This document shows, in pieces, positions 1 to 13,900 of a stretch of 64,000 nucleotides of DNA. Each line of letters starts with the position of its first letter. Positions within the stretch are counted from its first letter, which is position 1. Both the position numbers and the translations under genes were made by a program. The notes under the pieces are model-generated. The model was not told the DNA's origin, ran no database searches, and worked only from the letters and a program-made list of their open reading frames with translations. Source of the DNA: Macrostomum hystrix (taxonomy: Eukaryota; Animalia; Platyhelminthes); assembly GCA_950097015.1 (NCBI GenBank), contig CATNEN010000008.1, forward strand, positions 930,001 to 994,000. The letters are read 5' to 3'.

Positions 1-3000
1 ACCATCACAAGATTGAACCATCTCAAGATTGAACCATCACAAGATGGTACAATCTCAAGATTGAACCATCACAAGATTGAACCATCTTAAGATTGAACCA
101 TCTCAAGGTTGAACCATCACAAACTTGAACCATCACAAGATTGAACCATCACAAGATTGAACCATCTCAAGATTGAACAATCTCAAACTTGAACCATCTT
201 AAGATTGAAACCTCACATGATCGAAACATCCCAAGATTGAATTATCACAAGATTGAACCATCTCAAGATTGAACAATCTCAAGGTTGAACCATCACAAAC
301 TTGAACCATCACAAGATTGAACCATCTCAAGATTGAACAATCTCAAGGTTGAACCATCTCAAGATTGAACCATCTCAAGATTGAACAATCTCAAGGTTGA
401 ACCATCACAAACTTGAACCATCACAAGATTGAACCATCACAAGATTGAACCATCTCAAGATTGAACAATCTCAAGGTTGAACCATCTCAAGATTGAACCA
501 TCACAAGATTGAACCATCACAAACTTGAACCATCACAAGATTGAACCAACTCAAGATTGAACCATCTCAAGATTGAAACCTCACAAGATTGAACCATCTC
601 AAGATTGAACCATCACAAGATTGAACCATCACAAACTTGAACCATCACAAGATTGAACCAACTCAAACTTGAACCATCACAAGATTGAAACCTCACATGA
701 TCGAAACATCCCAAGATTGAATTATCACAAGATTGAACCATCTCAAGATTGAAACCTCACATGATCGAAACATCCCAAGATTGAATTATCACAAGATTGA
801 ACCATCACAAGATTGAACCATCACAAGATTGAACCATCTCAAGATTGAACCATCACAAGATTGAACCATCTCAAGATTGAACCATCTCAAGATTGAACCA
901 TCTCAAGATTGAACCATCTCAAGATTGAACCATCTCAAGATTGAACCATCTCAAGATTGAACCATCACAAGATTGAACCATCACAAGATTGAACCATCTC
1001 AAGATTGAACAATCTCAAGGTTGAACCATCACAAACTCGAACCATCTCAAGATTGAACCATCTCAAGATTAAACCATCTCAAGATTGAACCATCTCAAGA
1101 TTAAACCATCTCAAGATTGAACAATCTCAAGGTTAAACCATCACAAACTTAAACCATCTCAAGATTGAAACCTCACATGATCGAAACATCCCAAGATTGA
1201 ATTATCACAAGATTGAACCATCACAAGATTGAAGCATCAAGATTAAAATATCTTAAGCATCGAACCATCACAAACTTGAAACATGACATGATTGAAACAT
1301 CACAAACTTGGAATGTCACATGATTGAAACATCACAAACTTGAACCATTACAGGATCGAAATAGCACAAGATTGAAGCATGACGTCAAGATTAATGCCTT
1401 TGAATCTCCAATTCTCAAGATTGAACCATCTCAAGATTGAACCATCTCAAGATTGAACCATCACAAGATTGAACCATCACAAGATTGAACCATCACAAAC
1501 TTGAACCATCTCAAGATTGAAACATCACAAGATTGAACCATCACAAGATTGAACCATCTCAAGATTGAACCATCACAAGATTGAACCATCTCAAGATTGA
1601 ACCATCACAAGATTGAACCATCTCAAGATTGAACCATCTCAAGATTGAACCATCTCAAGATTGAACCATCTCAAGATTGAACCATCTCAAGATTGAACCA
1701 TCACAAGATTGAACCATCACAAGATTGAACCATCTCAAGATTGAACCATCACAAGATTGAACCATCACAAGATTGAACCATCTCAAGATTGAACCATCAC
1801 AAGATGGTACAATCTCAAGATTGAACCATCACAAGATTGAACCATCTTAAGATTGAACCATCTCAAGATTGAACCATCTCAAGATTGAACCATCTCAAGA
1901 TTGAACCATCTCAAGATTGAACCATCTCAAGATTGAACCATCTCAAGATTGAACCATCTCAAGATTGAACCATCTCAAGATTGAACCATCTCAAGATTGA
2001 ACCATCTCAAGATTGAACCATCTCAAGATTGAACCATCTCAAGATTGAACCATCTCAAGATTGAACCATCACAAGATTGAACCATCACAAGATTGAACCA
2101 TCTCAAGATTGAACAATCTCAAGGTTGAACCATCACAAACTCGAACCATCTCAAGATTGAACCATCTCAAGATTAAACCATCTCAAGATTGAACCATCTC
2201 AAGATTAAACCATCTCAAGATTGAACAATCTCAAGGTTAAACCATCACAAACTTAAACCATCTCAAGATTGAAACCTCACATGATCGAAACATCCCAAGA
2301 TTGAATTATCACAAGATTGAACCATCACAAGATTGAAGCATCAAGATTAAAATATCTTAAGCATCGAACCATCACAAACTTGAAACATGACATGATTGAA
2401 ACATCACAAACTTGGAATGTCACATGATTGAAACATCACAAACTTGAACCATTACAGGATCGAAATAGCACAAGATTGAAGCATGACGTCAAGATTAATG
2501 CCTTTGAATCTCCAATTCTCAAGATTGAACCATCTCAAGATTGAACCATCTCAAGATTGAACCATCACAAGATTGAACCATCACAAGATTGAACCATCAC
2601 AAACTTGAACCATCTCAAGATTGAAACATCACAAGATTGAACCATCACAAGATTGAACCATCTCAAGATTGAACCATCACAAGATTGAACCATCTCAAGA
2701 TTGAACCATCACAAGATTGAACCATCTCAAGATTGAACCATCTCAAGATTGAACCATCTCAAGATTGAACCATCTCAAGATTGAACCATCTCAAGATTGA
2801 ACCATCACAAGATTGAACCATCACAAGATTGAACCATCTCAAGATTGAACCATCACAAGATTGAACCATCACAAGATTGAACCATCTCAAGATTGAACCA
2901 TCACAAGATGGTACAATCTCAAGATTGAACCATCACAAGATTGAACCATCTTAAGATTGAACCATCTCAAGGTTGAACCATCACAAACTTGAACCATCAC

Positions 3001-5572
3001 AAGATTGAACCATCACAAGATTGAACCATCTCAAGATTGAACAATCTCAAACTTGAACCATCTTAAGATTGAAACCTCACATGATCGAAACATCCCAAGA
3101 TTGAATTATCACAAGATTGAACCATCTCAAGATTGAACAATCTCAAGGTTGAACCATCACAAACTTGAACCATCACAAGATTGAACCATCTCAAGATTGA
3201 ACAATCTCAAGGTTGAACCATCTCAAGATTGAACCATCTCAAGATTGAACCATCACAAGATTGAACCATCACAAGATTGAACCATCACAAACTTGAACCA
3301 TCTCAAGATTGAAACATCACAAGATTGAACCATCACAAGATTGAACCATCTCAAGATTGAACCATCACAAGATTGAACCATCTCAAGATTGAACCATCAC
3401 AAGATTGAACCATCTCAAGATTGAACCATCTCAAGATTGAACCATCTCAAGATTGAACCATCTCAAGATTGAACCATCTCAAGATTGAACCATCACAAGA
3501 TTGAACCATCACAAGATTGAACCATCTCAAGATTGAACCATCACAAGATTGAACCATCACAAGATTGAACCATCTCAAGATTGAACCATCACAAGATGGT
3601 ACAATCTCAAGATTGAACCATCACAAGATTGAACCATCTTAAGATTGAACCATCTCAAGGTTGAACCATCACAAACTTGAACCATCACAAGATTGAACCA
3701 TCACAAGATTGAACCATCTCAAGATTGAACAATCTCAAACTTGAACCATCTTAAGATTGAAACCTCACATGATCGAAACATCCCAAGATTGAATTATCAC
3801 AAGATTGAACCATCTCAAGATTGAACAATCTCAAGGTTGAACCATCACAAACTTGAACCATCACAAGATTGAACCATCTCAAGATTGAACAATCTCAAGG
3901 TTGAACCATCTCAAGATTGAACCATCTCAAGATTGAACAATCTCAAGGTTGAACCATCACAAACTTGAACCATCACAAGATTGAACCATCACAAGATTGA
4001 ACCATCTCAAGATTGAACAATCTCAAGGTTGAACCATCTCAAGATTGAACCATCACAAGATTGAACCATCACAAACTTGAACCATCACAAGATTGAACCA
4101 ACTCAAGATTGAACCATCTCAAGATTGAAACCTCACAAGATTGAACCATCTCAAGATTGAACCATCACAAGATTGAACCATCACAAACTTGAACCATCAC
4201 AAGATTGAACCAACTCAAACTTGAACCATCACAAGATTGAAACCTCACATGATCGAAACATCCCAAGATTGAATTATCACAAGATTGAACCATCTCAAGA
4301 TTGAAACCTCACATGATCGAAACATCCCAAGATTGAATTATCACAAGATTGAACCATCACAAGATTGAACCATCACAAGATTGAACCATCTCAAGATTGA
4401 ACCATCACAAGATTGAACCATCACAAGATTGAACCATCACAAACTTGAACCATCACAAGATTGAACCATCACAAGATTGAACCATCTCAAGATTGAACAA
4501 TCTCAAGGTTGAACCATCTCAAGATTGAACCATCACAAGATTGAACCATCTCAAGATTGAACAATCTCAAGGTTGAACCATCTCAAGATTGAACCATCTC
4601 AAGATTGAACAATCTCAAGGTTGAACCATCACAAACTTGAACCATCACAAGATTGAACCATCACAAGATTGAACCATCTCAAGATTGAACAATCTCAAGG
4701 TTGAACCATCTCAAGATTGAACCATCACAAGATTGAACCATCACAAGATTGAACCATCACAAACTTGAACCATCTCAAGATTGAACAATCTCAAGGTTGA
4801 ACCATCTCAAGATTGAACCATCACAAGATTGAACCATCTCAAGATTGAACAATCTCAAGGTTGAACCATCTCAAGATTGAACCATCTCAAGATTGAACAA
4901 TCTCAAGGTTGAACCATCACAAACTTGAACCATCACAAGATTGAACCATCACAAGATTGAACCATCTCAAGATTGAACAATCTCAAGGTTGAACCATCTC
5001 AAGATTGAACCATCACAAGATTGAACCAACTCAAGATTGAACCATCACAAGATTGAACCATCTCAAGATTGAACAATCTCAAGGTTGAACCATCACAAGA
5101 TTGAACCATCACAAACTTGAACCATCACAAGATTGAACCATCACAAGATTGAACCATCTCAAGATTGAACAATCTCAAGGTTGAACCATCTCAAGATTGA
5201 AACCTCACATGATCGAAACATCCCAAGATTGAATTATCACAAGATTGAACCATCTCAAGATTGAAACCTCACATGATCGAAACATCCCAAGATTGAATTA
5301 TCACAAGATTGAACCATCTCAAGATTGAAACCTCACATGATCGAAACATCCCAAGATTGAATTATCACAAGATTGAACCATCACAAGATTGAAGCATCAA
5401 GATTAAAATATCTTAAGCATCACAAACCATCACAAACTTGAAACATGACATGATTGAAACATCACAAACTTGGAATGTCACATGATTGAAACATCACAAA
5501 CTTGAACCATTACAGGATCGAAACAAGATTGAAGCATGACGTCAAGATTAATGCCTTTGAATCTCCAATTCT
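1..5572. repeat. 16-bp tandem satellite (consensus TTGAACCATC[T/A]CAAGA) with higher-order duplications; continues off the left edge
   Basis: About 340 units of 16 bp. The marker variant AAGATGGTACAATC recurs at 41, 1801, 2905 and 3593 (spacings 1760, 1104, 688 = multiples of 16). Ends abruptly at ...CTCCAATTCT 5572. Stop codons occur in all frames. Confidence 0.98.
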
Positions 5573-6524
5573 AGCAGGCTAGGCATAAGAGAAATGGCTT
5601 ACGTTTAGTTTTGTATGAACCAGAAATTGTCCAGGCTGCATAAAATTTTGCCTGCAGAACATTAAATGCGGTCGGATGTGCCCAAAACTGACAAGGACTT
5701 CCTAGTTGCCAGGCTGGAAAAGATCGTATTGATATCGGCTGCGTTCAGGTTTTAAACCTTTCGCGCGGCTTTTAAAATGCCCGAAAATCCCCAGAACGAG
5801 AGACGGGGAGAGAGACCGGTGGGATGCTGGTCAAACGTACAACTTCAGCGCAAAAGTTCCCGCCGGGCGCAAGAAGAAACTATCACGGAGCCATTGCGTC
5901 CAACCCGCTCCCAGCAATGGTTCAGATGCACTGTCCCCGCCTCTCTGATCCTCACAGTTTCCTATCCGTTGCTTGCAGATTGGCACGTGTGGGCACCCTT
6001 AGGCGCTTCCATTATATTCAGTAGAAGAATAGGCTTCCTGGAGAATCCACTCCACTTTTTTCTTTCCCTATTCCCATAGGTTGAAGTGTACAAATATTTT
6101 TCTTTCATGGCCCTCCTCAGTTCCGCCCCATCTGTCTTCAGGGTCATTAGCTCTTCGTCTGGCAATGAAGGCAACGTTAGCTTATTGCACCTGACTGTCG
6201 TGAACACAAAACTGGGCGATACACCTGCCCTCAGCCTAATAGCTTTCGGGTATGCACCAATCCAGCAATTCATATTTGACTAACTTATTTCGCCGTTTGG
6301 ACTAGTGTGCTCAGTGGATTCAAAGCAAAACTGCACGGCGGTATTTTATGAGCCTGCAAATTAATAATTATATTGTTTCTTAGCGAGGCCAGCACTGGAG
6401 ACTTTGTAATACACAAATATTGTCTTCGAAACTTCTTGATTTAGTGATGCTCTTTAATCTTGCATTATCACACTCTCGCTCGCTGGTGTACCTCTAACAA
6501 TAACCCCTCCCTCCTTACTCACTG

Positions 6525-6835
6525 GTACACCCACCTCACGCCCTGGCCCTCTACTTACTCTCGGATGCGCCACCCCAATCCCTGTGCCTCTCTCTGGAAC
6601 ACCCACCCCACTCCTTGGCCCTCCTCTTACTCTCGGGTGCGCCCACCACCCCACTCCTTGGCCCTCTACTTACTCTTGGGTGCGCCCACCACCCCACTCC
6701 TATGTCCTCTACTTACTCTTGGGTGCGCCCACCACCCCACTCCTATGTCCTCTACTTACTCTTGGGTGCGCCCACCACCCCACTCCTTGGCCTTCTTCTC
6801 ACTTTCGGCTACACCCACCTCACCTCCTGGCCCTT
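6525..6835. repeat. 43-bp minisatellite (CTCTACTTACTCTTGGGTGCGCCCACCACCCCACTCCTATGTC), about 7 units
   Basis: Unit starts at 6664 and 6707 are 43 bp apart; flanking units are degenerate. The overlapping ORFs are repeat artefacts. Confidence 0.9.
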
Positions 6836-8172
6836 TCGTGCATTGACCTCACTCTCTCTCGCCTTTTTGCTCTCTTGTTATTCATTTTACTCTGCGTGTA
6901 GATTTTTTCCTGTTTTATTCACGACAGATCGTATAAAATGAAAACAATTTATCCTAGAAGTTAGCTTACCATGTAAAAATTTCTTGAAGACAAAGAAAAC
7001 TTACTTAAATTAGCCACTCTGTCAAAACGCCCCTGGATAAGAAGCCATATCATGTTACCGCAACCACTGACCCGTGACCCGCCAGAATCAAAGACTAGCT
7101 TATTTGGCGACAAATTGTTTATTTATTACCTCTGTCACCGTGTGAATCGAGAAAAACTAACTACAATGCCTAATTTTGGTGAACTGGCTGTGTGCCAGCG
7201 ACTACCAATGAAGCGATTCATTATTTCCCTGCTGCAATTTCGGCAAAACAAACTGCCGAATAAATTTGTGGAACACCCGAATAGGAAGGTGAGAAATTAA
7301 TGAAATCAGACTGCAAGAACCAATAAACAATTGAGAACCATCGATTGTAAACAATTTGGTAAGATAGGAATCTGGACCGGATCTCCCTTCCAGATAACAA
7401 AGAATTTGGCTAAAGCTCCGAAGAAGCCACGCCATTAAAAGTGCAAGCCTGAGCGGGAGTGTCAGCTTGCCAGAACGGGATGGAAGTTTCGCTAGGAGGT
7501 CAGGTATTGGGCAGGTGTTTACATTGGATAAACAAAAAAACCGCGAGAGAGTCTAAATATGCGAACATTTCAAGCGTTTTTTGTGGATTACTGAACGGAA
7601 GACTTGTCTGTATTATTCCCAATCCTCATTGTCCAAGCCTGATTGAAAGCCCTGGTCGATTCCCATTGCTCTGTTTATCCCATAGCTTTCTGCTTTCTCG
7701 TTTAGAATTATGCCAATAGTAGCCTCTTCAATATATAGCAAAGCTGAATCGGTGGACAAACCAGGTGGACCTACCTGACAGTGGCTAAACAAAAATATGA
7801 ATAATTAACATCAGGTAACGTGTTTCAACAGATTAGAATCTTCTTATTGGAAATATTCAGAGAGGAAAATATCTAGTTATACGAGTAAATATTCGGGGCA
7901 ATGTACGGTTTTTTTTAAACAAGAGTTCAAATGGCAGATGGTCTATTTAGACAAAGTCGATTACAAAATTCAACGTGCGAAATTTTGCGGAGAAAAAAAA
8001 TTTTTGGAAAGATATTTTTAACTGCGATAGCTAATTCTAAGAATTTATCCGTGTTACCTGCCGAGGCTCAACTTACAATTAAGTCGCGCTGTAGCGACAT
8101 GACAGTAAGGAGAAGTAAAAAAGCTTGAAAAAGTCAGCAGCTACAGCCTCTGCTGCCGTTGATGCCGAAATT

Positions 8173-8570
8173 CGTGGTTGTGGTGGTGGTGGTGCTGCTG
8201 CTGCTGCTTTTGGTGGCAGTGAAGTTGCTGCTGCTGCTTTTGATAGCAGTGGTGGTGGTGCTGCTGCTGCTGCTGCTTTTGATAGCAGTGGTGGTGGTGG
8301 TGGTGCTGCTGCTGCTTTTGGTAGCAGTGGTGGTGGTGGTGCTGCTGCTGCTGCTTTTGATAGCAGTGGTGGTGGTGCTGCTGCTGCTGCTGCTTTTGGT
8401 AGCAGTGGTGGTGGTGGTGCTGCTGCTGCTGCTTTTGGTAGCAGTGGTGGTGGTGGTGCTGCTGCTGCTGCTTTTGGTAGCAGTGGTGCTGCTGCTGCTG
8501 CTTTTGGTAGCAGTGGTGCTGCTGCTGCTGCTTTTGGTAGCAGTGGTGGTGGTGCTGCTGCTATTGCTGC
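8173..8570. repeat. Compound (GGT)n(GCT)n-TTTG[G/A]TAGCAGT triplet minisatellite
   Basis: About 12 units of variable length, all multiples of 3 nt, so several frames stay open (G/A/S-rich, V/L-rich, S/T-rich). Confidence 0.9.
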
Positions 8571-10960
8571 TTCGTCGTTCTAGAAGTGTGCTACCAGTCA
8601 CCTTTCGGCTTAAATGCAGCACCGCATAAAATAAACGGCATAAAAGAAAGGTAGAGAGACAAAGAGCAGGCTGTTTTACTAATAAACAATGAGATGAATC
8701 GGTCCTAAAATATCTAACAGCCCCCCTGCTACTATATCCAGCTAGCCTGTCTCATGTTTCCAAGCGTGCTGGTCAAATGTAAATCTTCGTAGACCATTGA
8801 TAGAGAAATAGAATGAGAAAGAGAATTGAAGGGACGAAAGTGGTTTAATAAAATTCCTGTGTGTGTGTCTGTCAGTGTGTGTGCGTGTGTGCGTGCGGAC
8901 TCAAGTTTCTATTCTCTTAGTTGCCCTGGTTGGGGCTCGCAGATAGATAGATGGTCCGCCTTAGTCTCTCTGCACCTTACTTCATCAACTAACTCTGTCT
9001 CTAGGGAGGGGGCGGTAGGGTACCTCAATGGACGTTCAAAGAAATATGCTTGCCACTTCAACAAAAATAGACAAATAGACAGAAACAAAAGAAATGCAGT
9101 TCAGAAAAGGGTATTAGCTCGTAAGTACAGATACAGACATTCGGACGAATCCGCTTCTTAGACTCTGCAGTGGTACTCAAAATAAAAACGAGATTTGCTC
9201 TATTTTTATGTAAATTTTTATGTCAAATATTTATTTTATATTTAATTAAAGCTTACTGAAATAGGCAAAGATAATATTTCAAGATTGTGCTAATCTTGCA
9301 GTTATTACATGGATAAAATGAAATTTGAGGAAGTTCATTTGATTCATTCTAATTACTCGTTGACTAGTACTTTTCCGAGTTTCTGTTAAGAGTTTTCCTG
9401 TTTTAAGTTTTCTACCGCTTTCTCTCCGAGACATTGCTATTAGAATTAAATAACTAGAAGCAATGAAACAGAGAAAGGGCCATATTAGCGATATGAAAGT
9501 AGCTAAAATAAAATTGCAAGCCAGATTTTATACTACTATCTAGTAGGGTCAGAGCTAGTTTATTTTATAGAATTTCAGACGAGCGATATTGAATAAGTGC
9601 AATAGTTAATATGTTTTTATGCGTTAAAAAATTATAAATCCATTGAGATTTCAATGCTAAAAACGAGTATAAATTGCTATCAGGTCAGGTCAAGAAGAAG
9701 AAGAAAGGCACTGCATGAGAGATAATGATCACGTGATCTCAGTGAACCGGGAGGCCACCAAGGTCATTCGGGCTTGACTCGGCTAAACCTGTATGCGCCT
9801 GAGCCTAAATCAACAGAAGGAGAATAACAATAGAGGAAAGAGTCGCTATTTTGGGGAATAATTCGAAATCTGAGCAAACCAACTGCCCCAGCAGACTGTG
9901 ACTCAGTTTTGGCAGCACGGAGACCACTCTCATGTCTATTTTTGCTTTTTCCTTAGTTGCTTGGGTAGCTTGTGCCGTTGGCAACGGGCGTTGCTGCTGA
10001 CTTTAGAAGAGCTATTTTTAGCAACACCAGACGGGCAGGCGCAGACAAAACTGTCCCAGAAAGAGAGAAATCAGCCATAGAAACTAGTTGGCAATTTAGC
10101 AGTTGCTCAACAATGTGGGGGATAGAAAAATGGGAGCAACAGGCTAAAGCTGTTTGCACACGATCTCTGGGGAAGGGGGGCTGGCACACAGTGTGGAGCG
10201 ACTCGTTACACAGAAGCACTTTCAACTCAATCGGAATGTGCGGAATTATTGCAGCACAGGTTGCCTGCGCACCTCTTTTTTCCTGTCCGTGTGCCTGGAT
10301 GCACCGCGGCGATCGATCGGGGCCTCCGATCGGGGGTTGGGCCGTGATTCAATCGATTGCAGATTGTTCTCTCTTTTCTCCTTTCTCTCTCTTTGCTCGC
10401 CCAGAGAAGGGAATTTTGGTTCTCAACTAGGGAAAGGAATTCGTGTAGCAGAAAACTGCTCAACGCGCGCGCCCTCCCGGAGACCTCCCGCAGTGACAAG
10501 AACGCACTCCCGGGAGCCATTCAAAATTTGTCTGTCTGGACTGCAGGGTTCAGCTGAGCTGCAAACGTAAGCAAGAAAGGACATAGGAAGCGGGTCACCA
10601 GATATAGCCGCAACACTCAGAGAGCGCGATTTTCGATCTGCAGATCCGCGAAGCATTGTGTGCGCCGCTGCTTCTGAAGCGCACAATTGCCCAAATCTTC
10701 AATCGATCAAAATCGCAAATTCTAGCCCATTGCTAGCTATCTATTTGCCCATTCTTCTCCACCCAAAGCCCCTCCGTACCCTTCCGACCTCCTGCCATAA
10801 TTTTTCTTGCCGTTTCGTGGCCATGCCAGATCGTAGCATGGCCTGATCCCACCAGAAAGGCGAGACCACTCCTGCTACCAAAGCCCGCACTACTGAAACA
10901 ATTGACGACAGTTCACAGCAAGGATTCTCAAGCAGCCGATCTGGTGCATCAGCAAGCGCA

Positions 10961-13900
10961 ATGGACCGCGCCAAAGTGCCCCAGATTGCTGCACCACCGC
11001 ACCTAGCCTCCGGCTTCATTGTTCTCAGCGGCGGCGTGGACTTCAAGGGGCATCAAGTCGCGTGCTTCCCGCCAAAGAACCTCCTCCGCATGCACCTGAA
11101 CAGTCTGAGCAGCGCAGATCTAGTGTCCCTGGTGGAGTACTACATTGCAATCACGAAGCCCGAGCAGAGAATGAGCGGCCTGGCCTTTTTGGCCGACTTC
11201 CGCGCCTGCTCTCAGTCGATTTTTCGTGTTGTTATCGACGCTTTGGAGACGCTGCAGGTGAGATATCATAAACATTGACCTGTTATTTATGTTTCTGCTC
11301 TCTGAATTGCAGTAAAGTGTCATTTTCCATGATCTGCACAGTTTTGAAAGTAAAAATGGCTCAACTACTCGTTAACACGGCTGCGGTCACTGGCAAATCA
11401 TTTAGTAACAGTCGACCCGCAGCCAGCGAGGAGGCACACGCACGCACACAGATACTGTACGGAGGCTCACACTCACACCGGTGTGCACATCTGCCCTAAC
11501 TTCACATTGTTAGGCAGTGTAAACTCTGCGCCTTGGGGGTTGAACTTTAAGGTCGTAAATTGCACGACAAGTCCCCAAAGCCTTGTTATCGCGACTGCGC
11601 CTGAACTGAATGTGGCCTCGCCACGGAATCGAAGCATTTGATGAAATTGCAAACGAGCCTTAGTCGTCTATTTTTCTGATTCCCTTGCAGCAGCAGAATC
11701 GCGGCAGTGTGGCCGCATTCTATGTTCTGACACCCAAAGGCAAGGAGCTAGTGAAGAGCCTGCAGAAGATGCTTGGTCTCTACCAGAAGAAGAGTTTCTT
11801 TAGTAGAAAGTCCGCTGATGGTGCACAGCCCAAGTCTTTTCAGGTGAGTCTGTTGTTTTCTTTTACCATTTACTGTTCCTGTAGCAATTGATTTGCCGAT
11901 ATCAGTAATCTTCAGCTCTACTTCAGCAATGTAAATCACATTTAATTGTAGAGTATTTTGCTGTCCAGCGCCCAGGAGCTCTTCCAGTTTGTCAGCCGCG
12001 ACCAACTCATGTCGGACTTTGGTGGCACGCTGAATTATGATCACCAGGCTTGGATGAAGCTGCGAACGGTGAGTTCAGTTTGTGATGGCTCGGAAAATAA
12101 CAAAACTCCACGATACCGTCAACTCAAAACTTCCAGTCATTCGACGAGGTTCTGACGCAGGTGAACAGCATCACTGAGTCGGTGCCGGAAGCCCTCAGCC
12201 GACTGGAGATGCTTAAAGAGTTTGAGAACCCAGTCGACGAAGAAGAATGCCAAGAGATGGCACGCTGGATGCAGAACCGCTTCCAGGAGGTGACGGCCGG
12301 CCTGCTGCTGGATGCCGCCTCGCAGCGGGCCACCCGCCTGGCCGAGGCCTGCCGCCGGCCGGAGCTGAACGCCGACCTGCTGCCATTAGCCAGGAACCCG
12401 CAGCTGATGCCGCACGCTGACAAACTCGAGCGCCTGGTGGCTAAGCTTGAAGAGCTGCGTCAACTGTTGCGCCGGAAGTGGCGCGAAGCCGAGCGGAAGT
12501 TAATCTGCGTCGGCCAGCTGGGCGTCTATCGACGCTCCGCTGAGAGCGCCCTAGAAGGCTTGGAGAAGGCGACAGCCGCCGCCAATCGAATCCGGGCCAA
12601 CGGCGGTGACATTGCCAGCCAGCAGGCAGTAGAGGATGCACGAGAGCGACTGCGGCTGCAGTCTTCGGCGCCGGCAGCGGCTCGCCTGGCCGAGGCTCGC
12701 GAACTATTAAAGAAAGTGCGCCGGTTGGCCATGTCTGCTGAGCCGACTGGCGATCGGGACAGCGGACGCGACGAATCGCTGAGGCGGAAGCCGGCTAACT
12801 ACGCGGCTGAGCTGGAGGCGAGGGTGAACAGCTGCTCGGAGACGCTGCGGGCCGTTGAAGACTGGCTCGCCGGGCTTAGTGCCTTCTTTGAAGGCTGCGC
12901 TACGGTGAGGCCTGAGGGTGCCCTAGTGGCTTATTGGATTTTAGATATTGCACTTGACACCTTGATCTTCTTGGTCCATCCTTGTAGAACTCAGTCGAGA
13001 TTATCCCATATGCTCGTAATGGTTTTCCATTGATATCTGCTAGTTATCACCCTCTCAGATCGGGGGGTTCAGTGGCAGAGCGGTCTAACGCGTTTGCCTC
13101 TCGCACCAAGGCCCATTGATTCATTTGTGACGCAGACGCGGCGAGAAGGCTTGGGGGCTTTTCGTGCAATTTACGCCGTTAGGTGCCAACCTCCAAGGCG
13201 AGAGAGAGTGGGATTGTGACGATTCGAAAGTCAGGGCAGGTGTACACACACCTATGTGACTGTGTTCTTATGAGTCAACGGAATGGGCAGAATTGCCTCC
13301 TTGCAGTAAAAATTATCAAATTTTTGTGCAAGTGCCCACAGCCCTGGTGAAACCCCATACGAATTCATAAATATTCATTGACAAGCCTCCCATAACTTGT
13401 TTGTTGCCTAATCTTGCCCGTTCAGTTTCTAGCCAGGTCTTTCAAAACAAGATTGCTGCTGGATGATCAGAAGCTGCATTGAAAACTTTGGAAGTGGTGA
13501 TATGTGGAAAGGGTGGAGTAATTCCCAAACAGATTGATGCATAAGGCAGATGAGGAATATTAGTTTTGCCATGCCCACAACTTCCTGGGTTAGATGGACA
13601 GTTTGCAGTAAAAAATGGCGCACCTTTACACAATCCATTGCAGCTAATGCGATGGTACTCGCTCTGTCTGGACCAACTACCGGTGCAGTTGCTCGAGCAC
13701 CATCAGCGAATGCAGCCGGCCGAGTCGCTCAACTTGACCAGTCGTTGGGTGGAGGCTGTCCGACCGCTGTTATCCAAGCATCCGTGCCCAAAGCCGGCCC
13801 AGCTTGGGGACCTGCGGCAGGCAATAGCGCAGGTTGATAACTCAGAAGTGCGCAGAGAAGCATCGTTTCTGCTGCAGCGGTGAGGATCTTCGGTGTAGAA

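Noticed and set aside
1-5572. Regular repeat arrays (also 23645-24256, 24867-30197, 45761-46258) as CRISPR arrays
   Set aside because: The units are contiguous with no unique spacers, no cas genes are present, and the context is spliced eukaryotic genes.
6080-6283. Possible terminal exon (strong acceptor at 6079, VEVYKY...FIFD*)
   Set aside because: No recognisable domain and no upstream partner exon in the window; the opposite strand also has an open frame. It cannot be supported without RNA data.
11685-11696. Tandem CAG-CAG-CAG acceptors (also the 6-nt-spaced acceptors at 42308/42302)
   Set aside because: Such subtle in-frame acceptors are common and usually inconsequential; there is no evidence of use.
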